A program made the translations under genes and the position numbers. The notes beneath the pieces were generated by a model. The model saw only the letters and a list, made by a program, of their open reading frames with translations. It made no database searches and was not told the origin of the DNA. Shown here piece after piece: positions 51,158 to 60,397 of a DNA stretch of 64,000 nucleotides. The number at the start of each line of letters is the position of its first letter. Positions within the stretch are counted from its first letter, which is position 1. Source of the stretch: a virus. The stretch is taken from IMG/VR virus record IMGVR_UViG_3300018481_000019, positions 29,818 to 93,817 of that record. One strand, written 5' to 3'.

Positions 51158-52092
51158 GGGGTGGAGACGCTGGTGGCCCGATCCCCGCCTGCAACGGAGC
51201 CAATTACTCTGCAACCCCCCCTCTGAGGGTGTCGTAAAACTTGCAGGGTAATTCCTGAGAGGGTGGTTGGTGAGAGCGAACGGGTGGCTCGGTAGGCTCG
51301 GCGCTGCCAGGGTCGGTCTGCCCCCCTTGTCCATCCTCCCGGTTGCGCCAGGGGGAACGGACGGGCTGACTCTGGCTGAGTCTTCTGGGCTGAAGATGCT
51401 TTTGAAAAGTGCTCTGACCTGGGCCTTTGGCCTACTGTCAAACCCTTCAGCCTCAACGGAGCACTAGTCCCACTCACTGTCGAGAGGGTGTTGATGCTGT
51501 GGGGCTGTGCTTCTCGCTGACCTCAACGGAGCCGTTTTTGAAAGGGGCCGTCTTCGATCTGCCCCTCACTGGGGAACTCCGCTGGCCTCAACGGAGAGGT
51601 TTTGGGGGGTAGGTTGCTGGGCTGCTCACTCTCGCTGTTTTTGAAACTGGCACGTCCTGGCCCGCCGGGTATGCCCCCATGCCAACCCTGCATTGTCAAG
51701 TGGCTGTGCTCACCCCCTTCCCCCTTGCCAATACCCAGGCAGTGTGTTGGCTCTTAGCTGTGCTGTGCTCTGACACTTTCCCCTTTTTGAAAAGTTGCCT
51801 CTGCCTCTGAGTTGCCTCTTCACTGCCTGACTCTTGCCTCTTCAGCTTGTGACTCTTGCCCTGCCCTGATCCCTGACCTCTGATGCTGTGCTCCCTGACT
51901 CTGTGAGAATTATTCGTGGGTGCAAGCGGTCTTTGGGTGGTGAGGCTGGCCGATTCCAAAACTCCGTCTCCGTCACCGCCTGTGCGGAAGGTGGGACTGG
52001 TCGCGTCGAGAAAAGTTGGACCGGGTACGTCGTATCTAGGGGATGCCCCGCTCACAGACCAAGGCTTCGGGTGAGGGGGTACACTTCAGAAA

Positions 52093-52602
52093 ATGTGCAG
52101 AGTTGATGGTTGCCCCTTCCCAATCCTGATTAAGAAACACTCCCTCTGTTCAGCCCACTATCAACGCTTCTGGAAGTACGGCGACCCAATGAGCTTCATG
52201 CCGATCCGAACCGGGAAGACGGCTTACGAAATTGTGATGGAGCGCACACGTCCACCAAGACCAGACGAACCCAAGGACTGTTTGATCTACACCGGCCCCA
52301 CCAAGAACGGCGGTTACGGAGTCTTACAATTCGACAATCGGAAACTCCGAGCACATCGAGTCGTAATGGAACATCACAACGGTCCTTCCGCCCAAGACGT
52401 TCTTCACTCCTGCGACTACAAGCCCTGCGTCAACATCGACCACTTGCGATACGGCGACTACTCCGACAACTATGAGGACCGAGTTTTGAATCGGGGAGAA
52501 TCCACTCGTCTTTGCGAAGTCCCACTCTGCACTCGCAAGCACGCTGCCAAAGGCATGTGCCAGATGCACTATCTCCGAGAGTTGAGAAGATCGACCAAGT
52601 GA
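52093..52602 (+). CDS. HNH endonuclease
   Basis: C...GC...LCSAHYQR, GYG, RAHRV, VLHSCD...CVNIDHLRYG..SDN. Confidence 0.85.
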   Translation: MCRVDGCPFPILIKKHSLCSAHYQRFWKYGDPMSFMPIRTGKTAYEIVMERTRPPRPDEPKDCLIYTGPTKNGGYGVLQFDNRKLRAHRVVMEHHNGPSAQDVLHSCDYKPCVNIDHLRYGDYSDNYEDRVLNRGESTRLCEVPLCTRKHAAKGMCQMHYLRELRRSTK

Positions 52603-52614
52603 GACAATCCCCCC

Positions 52615-52821
52615 ATGAGACTTGTCCTGGCTCTAGTCGCCACGGCCCTTGCCATAGCTGCGCTCTGGATCGCATCTGACCCCCGTACCTCTCAGAACGG
52701 CTATCACCGCAAACGACACAGATACCAAGAGCCAACTTACAAAAGGTGGGCCGTGGTCTACACCCTGCTCGCAGCCAGCTTCGCAATCCTTGCCGCCTTC
52801 TGGCCTCAGTTGACCCAATGA
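52615..52821 (+). CDS. Small two-TM membrane protein
   Basis: Two hydrophobic helices. Confidence 0.5.
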   Translation: MRLVLALVATALAIAALWIASDPRTSQNGYHRKRHRYQEPTYKRWAVVYTLLAASFAILAAFWPQLTQ

Positions 52822-53022
52822 CTCAATAGTTCTGAGGAACTATTCAAGCCGTCCATAATTCGGACGATAATCCCCCCAAGAAAGAGTGAAGGCTCTGACG
52901 GTCGCCCGTCTGAATCGGCGGGTGGCGGTCTTATACCTTTCTTCTGCCACCCGGCTCACTGTGGGGGTTTCGGGCAGGCGGGCGGCTCTCAGAGCCTTCA
53001 CACCAAACAGAAAGGGGTCAAC

Positions 53023-53550
53023 ATGACTTCAGACACACAGGCTCCCACCGAGCCAACCAAGACCAAGAAACCCATCTACAAGCGAGTGTGGTTCATCGCC
53101 GGAGCCGGAATCCTGGCTATCACCATCGCCGCCAATGCAGGCGGAGGAAGCGCCCCGGCTACCTACGAAGAGGTTGCGGCTTCACGACCGACGACCACCA
53201 CCAATGCCAACGGCGGCGGCGGCGAGACGCAAGCTCCGGCCCCGACCACTGCACCGGCTCTCACCCGAGCACAGGAGAATGCAATCGGCAGTGCCGAGTC
53301 CTACTTGGATTTCAGTGCTTTCAGTCGGAGCGGATTGATCGGTCAGTTGGAGTACGAAGAGTATTCCACCGCCGATGCCACCTTTGCAGTGGACTCGCTC
53401 AACGTCGATTGGAACGAGCAGGCGTACAAGAGCGCCGAGCAGTATTTGGACTTCTCGTCCTTCTCTGCCGGGGAACTTCAAGACCAGTTGGAGTTTGAGG
53501 GTTTCACTCCCTCCCAAGCCGCCTACGGAGTGTCCAAGACCGGCCTCTAG
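53023..53550 (+). CDS. Ltp-family surface protein (superinfection exclusion)
   Basis: KKPIYKRVWF + TM; two repeats A..YL....FS...L..QL..E.F....A..AV. Confidence 0.85.
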   Translation: MTSDTQAPTEPTKTKKPIYKRVWFIAGAGILAITIAANAGGGSAPATYEEVAASRPTTTTNANGGGGETQAPAPTTAPALTRAQENAIGSAESYLDFSAFSRSGLIGQLEYEEYSTADATFAVDSLNVDWNEQAYKSAEQYLDFSSFSAGELQDQLEFEGFTPSQAAYGVSKTGL

Positions 53551-53580
53551 CCAACCGCCAACCCAGGCCAAGAGGCCCGA

Positions 53581-53610
53581 GAAAGGGAGCCGAGAAATCG
53601 GCTCCCTTTT
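53581..53610 (+). terminator. Terminator hairpin (copy 3)
   Basis: AAAGGGAGCCGAGAAATCGGCTCCCTTTT. Confidence 0.7.
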
Positions 53611-53613
53611 GAG

Positions 53614-53648
53614 TTGCATTAGATTTCAAACCAGTTATAATCAGAGCA
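53614..53648 (+). promoter_or_regulatory. SigA-type promoter
   Basis: TTGCAT-N17-TATAAT-CAGAG. Confidence 0.75.
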
Positions 53649-53669
53649 GACCAAGACCAAGAAAGGAAC

Positions 53670-53894
53670 ATGCCCATGACCAGACAACACTTTGAGATGG
53701 TGGCGAACACCATCTGGACTGCAATCGCGCAGGCCAAGTTGAATAAATCCTCTACCGACCATTACGTCGATCACTACATCGACGGCATCACCGACGTTGC
53801 GGAACGCCTTGCCGACAAATTCATCGAAACCAATCCCCGCTTCGACCGCGCCCGCTTCATGGATGCCGCTCTCAACGGCGGATTACTGCCCTGA
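53670..53894 (+). CDS. Conserved small phage protein (MTR.HF...NPRFD..RF..A), ends LNGGLLP
   Basis: Motif; SD AGAAAGGA. Confidence 0.65.
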   Translation: MPMTRQHFEMVANTIWTAIAQAKLNKSSTDHYVDHYIDGITDVAERLADKFIETNPRFDRARFMDAALNGGLLP

Positions 53895-56800
53895 TGCCAC
53901 TGATGAACGAACCCCCGGCTCCGCTCACCGCCGAGAAACTCAATGACGTGGCATGGGCGCTCGACGCTCTGACCAAAGTGAGTCGGTCACTGCTAGAGCC
54001 AATCGCCGCAGCCGGTGAACAGGACACACTCCATCTCACCGAAGTCACGGTGGAAGTGACCATGCACGGCGAGCCGATCAGTCCCGAAGATGCTCGGACA
54101 CTCTTGGAGTGGCTCGACGGCGACGAGATGCAGAACGATCTTCGGGCGGAGGCAAAGCGGCGGGAGACGCGGTCATTCGACTTCCCATACGACGACATAC
54201 GGCGGGCAGTGACGAATGCTCTGTTCGACCATGAGTCACCACAAGATCAAACGAATGTCATTGTGGAGAAGGTGCGTCAGATCATGGTGGAGGAATCCGA
54301 ATGAGCGCTGAACTACACCGAGCCGAGCTAGAGGTTGTCCTACGGGACCAGTTCGACAACATCGGATACGGACACGCCGCCGCCACCAATGACGACATTC
54401 TCAGAGAGCTTGAAATCACCGACGAGATGGTGCAGTTGCTAGCTGGCCTCTTGTCCACGATTCCGATACAGCCGTCGAAGATGCACCCCGAGCACATGAT
54501 CGAAACGGCTCGGGTGGCATTGGAGATGCTCGTTCGGAGCGCCGACGGAGGGGAAGAGGAATGACCGGAACCTTGCTGACTCTGCCGGTGACAACCGACA
54601 AGATGATCGACCGTGCAATTGCCAAAGCCGACGAATTGCTGGTGGACTACGAGACGGGCTACTGCACCTATGACGGGTGGGGAATCCGACAGTGCTGCGC
54701 CGCTTGGAGTCCAGCGGTTCGTCTCAACATCATGGACCGCTCAGAGCTAGACCAGGCCGTTCGACAAATCGTGACTGCGGCATTGGCAGGGGAGGAAGAG
54801 GAATGAGCAGGGAAGCAGACGTGACCGAACCGAGAACCAAGTTGGGCGGGTGGAACTACCGGCTGATCGTGACCGTGAATGACAACGGCGACACCGATAT
54901 GGAAGTCCATGAGGTCTATTACTCAGAGAACGGCGTACCCGATTCGTGGACGATTGAGCCGGTCGAGTTTGGTGGGGAGTCGGTCGAAGAGGTTGCCCGC
55001 GCCCTGACCCAAGCTGCCGCTGACGTGCTCGCTCAACCGCCGCTCATTGAGAAGGATGGAATCCTCACCGAGTATGAAGGGCCGGGAGCGTGAACATGGC
55101 GGGGAACACCGAATGGGAAACCAGTGCCGATTCGATTCGGGAGCGTCATTGTGTCACTTGCGATCACACCGGCTACTCGCATTTCTACGACCGGCTCGGC
55201 AACTTGGCGGAGTGCCATGTATCGGCCTGCAAATGCCTGCTCTTCTCCGACCCGACCGGGCTATCTCCCACTGAGATTGACACGATGATGTCGCAGTGTT
55301 GGGACGAAGATGCCGATGCGATCATTCACAACATCGCTGCCTTGATCGCCGGATTGCAAGTGCCGATATCTCTTGGCATGGGCCGTGATGGGGTTCTCGG
55401 GACTGCCGCCGAGCCGTGGCATGAGCTATTCAACGTCGTGGGCGGAGGATGGTGTACCACGGAGGAAATCGAATCCCGACTGCGGGAAAGGCTCACTCCG
55501 AGATGAAGCCGGAATGGGTGACCGCTGGCACCCGAGCGCCGTTTCGGATTCTGTTTTGGAGTGAGCATGAGGAAGCTCTGGCCTGGGTTTTTGAAAACGG
55601 CGGAACCATCGCCCGTATCCCCGACCACGTTGACGGCACAGGCCGTGGCTACGTGTGGGGCCAATCACAGGAGGAAGAGGAATGATGAAGCTCAGTGACA
55701 TTGATGTGTTCTACACCAATGACGACGATGGAATTCATTTGCTGTGCAATGTCTGTTCGTGGGAAACCACGATTCCAGGGAACGAAGCCGATCTGGACAC
55801 TGTGCTGGACACAGGCCGGGGTGATGAGCACTGGCGGAAGCACAGTGAGAATTGGACCGAGTCTGAGGACGAAGAGCAGTCGTGAATTTACAAGAGGCTA
55901 TAAACGAAGTCGAGTTCCGTATCTCGGACGAGATTGAGGACTGGCACCACTACGAAGTAGACAAGGTGCTGGCGACCCACGCTATCAAGGCGGCTGACTT
56001 CCCCAACGCCGATCAGATGGTGGAACTGGCCCAAGTCATTCACACCGCCCAAGACGAGCACGGATTGAAAACCCGGCACGACATTGGGCTGATCGTCGGG
56101 GAGGCGATACGTCAAATGTTGAGGGAGCCGGAATGACCTTGACCGATGCCCTGGCGAAACATGCAGCCGGAACACATAGCCCGAAGGACATTCACGACCA
56201 CATCATTCCGGCGGCTCAATGGGCTGCCGACTTCCCGACCGACGGACAAGTAGAAGCAACAGCCGTCGTGTTTTATCACTCGGGGCAAATAGAGGGCGAC
56301 CCGGAGTGGCCCGACTTGGTCGAATGGGTGCAAGAGGAATACCGAACGACTGCTCGGGCTGCGTTGGAGACGGTACGTTATGCCCAAGATTGAACCGCCC
56401 CGCAAACACACGCCGGGAACTTGCTGGCTGACCCGTTGTGAGAATCCGCCCGAGTGGGAGAACGGCATTTGCGATTTTCACCTATCGGTGGTCTGCACCG
56501 CTTGTGGTGATCGGGTCCGAGCGCATCACGGCTCCCATCCCATCGTCTGTATTCCGTGCGGCCACGCAGAGGGCCGAAAAAAGCGAGCACCACGAATCCT
56601 GGGGATAGCGGCATGACGACCCAAGACTGGCTCGGACTTTCAGTGCTTTTGAATTTCACCTTCATCGCCGCCATAGCCGGGATACTTCGCGGGCGGTGGT
56701 TGGCACGGCCCATTGATGAAGAGGCTCGACATTTGGAAATCGAAGCTGCCGAGATGCGGGGCATGGCGAGAGGGATAGCTTGGGGCAAGGACTACGAGAA

Positions 56801-57338
56801 TGAGTGAGCACTATCGGCCCGTCGGCAAGCGCACCGATGCTCGGGTGCTAGCTCAGGGCTACTACTGCATGACGTGTGGTGAAAGCGGATTGAACATGAT
56901 GGGGATTGGACACGGACACGGAACCGATCTTTCTCGGTGCAAGCCGAATCCCGAGCTTGTCCATCGGCTTGCCATTGTCAATAGCCCGACGTGGGAAGAG
57001 GATATGAAGCACTTCACGTCCAGCTTGGCCGACGAGCTTTTGCCATGATCGGTGAGTCCATCCCCGAAGCCGAGCGCCAGCTTGTGACCTTCATTCCGCA
57101 CGCTCCGAAGAACATGGAGCTTGGTGAGCGACTTGCGTGGCGGGCGGGCTATCGGGCAGCGCTGAAATTGCTTGGCAGTGAGTCACGGATTTATTGGTGC
57201 GAGAAACACACGTCCACTTCCCCCGCTATGCGTTCGACGTGTGACTACGCCCGCTGGAAGGGCTACGACGGCCCGCCCAATGAATGCGAGCTTGTCTCTT
57301 GCTCGGTCGTGACCGGGGCGGTAGATTGGCCGCAATAG
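53894..57338 (+). other. Operon of about 13 small coupled hypothetical genes
   Basis: Back-to-back ORFs with ATGA/GTGA overlaps and purine-rich SDs. Confidence 0.65.
56800..57048 (+). CDS. Small CxxC protein ending SLADELLP
   Basis: YCMTCGE...H.H...C; tagged C-terminus. Confidence 0.6.
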   Translation: MSEHYRPVGKRTDARVLAQGYYCMTCGESGLNMMGIGHGHGTDLSRCKPNPELVHRLAIVNSPTWEEDMKHFTSSLADELLP

Positions 57339-57915
57339 AATGGAACCAGGCCACAGACCATGCCTGGACCGAGAGAAGCAATATGAAGGCTTCCCTCTCG
57401 GTAGCTAGCTCGGGCGCAAGGTGTGGCCTGGTTCCGAAAAGGCCGGTGGGGAATCCGCCGGTCTTTTCTTATGGACTACGGTGGGTGGTGATTCCGGGTT
57501 GGTGACCCCCCCATCCAACGCTCGGAACCACAGGGAGTAGGCGACCGGCACTGCCCCTCTTCCCCTGAGAGACGGGCCACAGGGCCGGTCGTCTGCTTTG
57601 GCCCATGAAAGAACCGGAGTCTTGCGGCTCCGGTTCTTTGTCCCATTCCCCCACGGCACCCGTCTCGGACTACTTCCAACGTCTGAGTCGAATACCCCTC
57701 TTTCCCGATTCGACCGCAGCCGAATCAGAACCAAGCGAACGCCGTTGACTCCCCTACCAACGGCGTTCGACTCGTCCGAAGCTGGAACTAGGAGGGACCA
57801 GCTTCGATGCCCACCCCCACGGCACTTGACCGCAGTGGCTTGTAAAGCCTAATCGCTGTAAAATTGGCGGTGGGGTTTAATCGTCTGAAAATATGTAGCG
57901 ACAATTTTCCCACTC

Positions 57916-58311
57916 TCACTCGGGGAGCAAGTCTGAGAGCATGGCATAGCCCCGGTTCATTTTCTCCAACTTGACCGCCCCGAGCAACAAGCGGATTCGG
58001 ATTAGCAATCGTCTCCGGCAGTGGCCGGGGCTAATGCAGTGAACGGAATCGTCGTAGGGGAAGTAGGCGACACCGAATGCCGGGTGCTCTGCCACGACCT
58101 TGTCAGAGGGTACGAAACCGCACCAATCGCATTTCTTGTAAGGGAGTTCGTAAGTCCAGTACGGCTCCGGGTGGAGGAACTCGCTCTTGACGATGCCTGC
58201 TCCGTCTGTGACAACGATGTGGGCGTGGTCGCCGTGAGCGTCGGCGGTTTCGCTCTCTCGGGTCCAACGCTCCATGAATCGCTTTCGGTATTCGCCGTGT
58301 ATGTCGCTCAT
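57916..58311 (-). CDS. LLP-tag array gene 8 (Cys-containing), ends LSDLLPE
   Basis: ATG overlaps the upstream TGA. Confidence 0.6.
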   Translation of the reverse strand: MSDIHGEYRKRFMERWTRESETADAHGDHAHIVVTDGAGIVKSEFLHPEPYWTYELPYKKCDWCGFVPSDKVVAEHPAFGVAYFPYDDSVHCISPGHCRRRLLIRIRLLLGAVKLEKMNRGYAMLSDLLPE

Positions 58312-58574
58312 GGCAGGAGATAGGTGTCCAGATCGCGGGGAACGGTCTTGGGAACGCAGCCACCGTTTCTTCGGATGGAGTCCCACAGTTTCTTGTAGCG
58401 CTGATAGGCGCTTTCAAAATCAGTGTGAGCACTGAGGCGATAATTCCTCCCGGTGTATTGCCAGCCGCCGTCCTTGGTTTTCATCCCGGCCTTTCCGACC
58501 ACGATGAAGAAATCATCTTCGGCTTGCACTTCGGCTTCGATGATTACGGCGGTTTGGAAACGCTGAACGCTCAC
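58308..58574 (-). CDS. LLP-tag array gene 7 (paralog family A), ends DLDTYLLP
   Basis: GTGA coupling; family A pattern. Confidence 0.6.
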   Translation of the reverse strand: MSVQRFQTAVIIEAEVQAEDDFFIVVGKAGMKTKDGGWQYTGRNYRLSAHTDFESAYQRYKKLWDSIRRNGGCVPKTVPRDLDTYLLP

Positions 58575-58813
58575 GACAGCAAGTCCTTCCACGGTTCACG
58601 TTCTCCGAAGAGCGCCAGCGGGACCACCTTCATTGGATTGAGGATGCTCAGTGTTTCTTGATAAGCGGTTATGGCTTTCCTGGCATCTGTCCGGGTCGGA
58701 TACCGATTGAGAATGTAACGCTCGCCGTCGGCGGCTTCCCCGATGATTGCATAGGGCTGAAAGAGATAGCCTTCTAGGAAGAGACGCACCATGATGATTT
58801 CAACCGTCGTCAC
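58571..58813 (-). CDS. LLP-tag array gene 6 (family A), ends PWKDLLS
   Basis: GTGA coupling; family A pattern. Confidence 0.6.
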   Translation of the reverse strand: MTTVEIIMVRLFLEGYLFQPYAIIGEAADGERYILNRYPTRTDARKAITAYQETLSILNPMKVVPLALFGEREPWKDLLS

Positions 58814-59094
58814 GGCAGGAGGTAGTCCGGTAGATCGTAGGGAACGGTACGAATGAAAGGTCGGAGCTTCCCGGTGTCGTGAAGCCGGTCGTGGTAGCGC
58901 ATTCTCCGCTTGGCTGCATCGTCGTGGTGGGAATGGACGCTGAGAAGATATTCGTTCTCTGTTGCCCACCAACCCATCTCGGAACCTTCCGGCGCTTTAT
59001 ATCCTGAGTTGCCGAACACCGCCCAACTGCCGCCGGGGAGCACCTTGATGAAGACTCGGACGATGTAAACCTGTTTTGAAAGTGTGTCGCTCAT
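58810..59094 (-). CDS. LLP-tag array gene 5 (family A), ends DLPDYLLP
   Basis: ATGA coupling. Confidence 0.65.
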   Translation of the reverse strand: MSDTLSKQVYIVRVFIKVLPGGSWAVFGNSGYKAPEGSEMGWWATENEYLLSVHSHHDDAAKRRMRYHDRLHDTGKLRPFIRTVPYDLPDYLLP

Positions 59095-59339
59095 GGCAGG
59101 AGATACTCAAAGAGATGCCGACGGACTCCGCGGGGGAAAGTTTTGTGAGAGTGAATTCGTTCTTGGTAGTGGTTCAGTGATTCCACGGCCTCTTCGTGCG
59201 TGTTCTTGATTGCGATGATGTAGCGGTAGTCATTGAGAACGGTCCAATCATCGGCATAGCCGAGTATCCACCACTCGCCGTCATGCTCGACCAGTGCGAC
59301 GGCAACGATTCTCACTGTTTTGTAAAGATGGTCGCTCAT
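59091..59339 (-). CDS. LLP-tag array gene 4 (family A), ends HLFEYLLP
   Basis: ATGA coupling; KTVRI...THEEAV. Confidence 0.65.
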   Translation of the reverse strand: MSDHLYKTVRIVAVALVEHDGEWWILGYADDWTVLNDYRYIIAIKNTHEEAVESLNHYQERIHSHKTFPRGVRRHLFEYLLP

Positions 59340-59539
59340 GGCAATAGCTCGTCGGCTAGGGACGGCGCACACAAAACCATTGGTGGGTCGGTCTTGTGCA
59401 TCCAAACTGACTTGTGACCGCCCCGATGGTCGGGGGTGGAAAGAACGTGGAGCTTGATGTCCTCACCACAGAAGTTGCAGACCGGGGGCCATTTCACCAT
59501 GTCAACATCGGACCCTTTGCGGGGAGTGGCTTGTTTCAT
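59336..59539 (-). CDS. LLP-tag array gene 3 (Zn-finger family B), ends SLADELLP
   Basis: CNFCGEDI...WMH...C. Confidence 0.65.
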   Translation of the reverse strand: MKQATPRKGSDVDMVKWPPVCNFCGEDIKLHVLSTPDHRGGHKSVWMHKTDPPMVLCAPSLADELLP

Positions 59540-59802
59540 TTCAAAAGCTCGCTGCTCAAATCCCAAACATGGACCCACCGGGGAAAGGACGGTTCGTCGG
59601 AACCGATGCCGTGGAAGTAGTAGCGGTAGCTGGCTACGGCCTCTTCGTGGGTGTCGTGTTGGGTGAGAACGTGTCGTGTTGCGCCGGAGTCCATGCTCGA
59701 CTTGCCGTTGTACCCGACGACGACGTATCTCTTCGCAGCCGTGACATCGACTTCGATCTGCGCCCATTCGATACGGACGGTTTTCATTCCGTTGACCCTC
59801 AC
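59536..59802 (-). CDS. LLP-tag array gene 2 (family A), ends DLSSELLK
   Basis: KTVRI...THEEAV. Confidence 0.65.
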   Translation of the reverse strand: MRVNGMKTVRIEWAQIEVDVTAAKRYVVVGYNGKSSMDSGATRHVLTQHDTHEEAVASYRYYFHGIGSDEPSFPRWVHVWDLSSELLK

Positions 59803-60005
59803 GGCAATAGCTCTGCGCTCAGATCACGGACGATGCAGTCTTGGGTGCGAAAGATGGTGCGTCGGTCAGAGTGGACCCAGGCGTATTCCTCCACTCCACC
59901 TGAAATGCTGGTTATCACTCCATGAATGCGTTGCCCACAGTTGACGCAAATGTCGTGATACGGGACGAACGGAGGCGCACCGATAGTGGTTTCGGCTTTG
60001 GTCAC
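59799..60005 (-). CDS. LLP-tag array gene 1 (Zn-finger family B), ends DLSAELLP
   Basis: CVNCGQRI...WVH...C. Confidence 0.65.
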   Translation of the reverse strand: MTKAETTIGAPPFVPYHDICVNCGQRIHGVITSISGGVEEYAWVHSDRRTIFRTQDCIVRDLSAELLP

Positions 60006-60096
60006 GCTGGACCCGGACCCACGATCACGATGCCTTGGGTTTGGAGGATTTCAAGAACGGCATCGCAGTAGGCGACCCCGAGTACGCATTCACAAT

Positions 60097-60342
60097 TCAT
60101 GGTGTGTCCTTTCTCTCGGCGGCATCGCAAAGATCAACAAATCCGTTGAACGACCGGAGGCACTTGTCACAGGGTCGGGTGACGGCAGTGATTCTCTGAG
60201 CCTGGTCGGTGAGCTTGGGACCACAGAGGAAGTGATGCCCGTTGGCAGTGTTCGGAGTTCTTTTGATTTTGGTTCTCCGGTTGAGAACGACGTGGTCGGT
60301 CCCGTTGACCCGGAAGAGATGGGCGTTGAGGTTCATGGGCAT
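60097..60342 (-). CDS. Small His/Cys protein, first gene of the array operon
   Basis: SD CAGGAG directly after the promoter. Confidence 0.55.
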   Translation of the reverse strand: MPMNLNAHLFRVNGTDHVVLNRRTKIKRTPNTANGHHFLCGPKLTDQAQRITAVTRPCDKCLRSFNGFVDLCDAAERKDTP

Positions 60343-60357
60343 CTCCTGTCTGTGTCT

Positions 60358-60397
60358 TGCACTAAGAATTATAGCCCATTTGAAATGGAATGCAAAT
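60358..60397 (-). promoter_or_regulatory. SigA-type promoter driving the LLP-tag array
   Basis: TTGCAT-N17-TATAAT-TCTTAGTG. Confidence 0.75.

Larger units (their letters stand above)
50560..52090. other. Long non-coding divergence region, candidate replication origin/control region
   Basis: No convincing ORF, AT-rich patch ~50980-51070, repeated TTGCAGRRKAATT and CCTCAACGGAG, next to the primase arm. Confidence 0.55.

Noticed and set aside
51451-51596. Possible mini-CRISPR from three spaced repeats
   Set aside because: Repeat is only 11 nt and spacers ~55-60 nt; the Cas4-like gene belongs to a phage recombination module
54540-55885. Several genes ending in GEEE/EEEE/DEEQ, resembling another C-terminal tag
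   Set aside because: Explained by the overlapping purine-rich SD (GGAGGAAGAGGAATGA) of the next gene
57341-57435. tRNA-like element (the minus strand ends in CCA)
   Set aside because: No D-loop, TTC T-loop or cloverleaf; kept only as unclassified structured RNA
57916-60005. Integron-like or DGR-type DNA cassette mechanism for the tagged array
   Set aside because: Junctions differ at synonymous positions, there are no intergenic att-like sites, and no integrase or reverse transcriptase is present in the window
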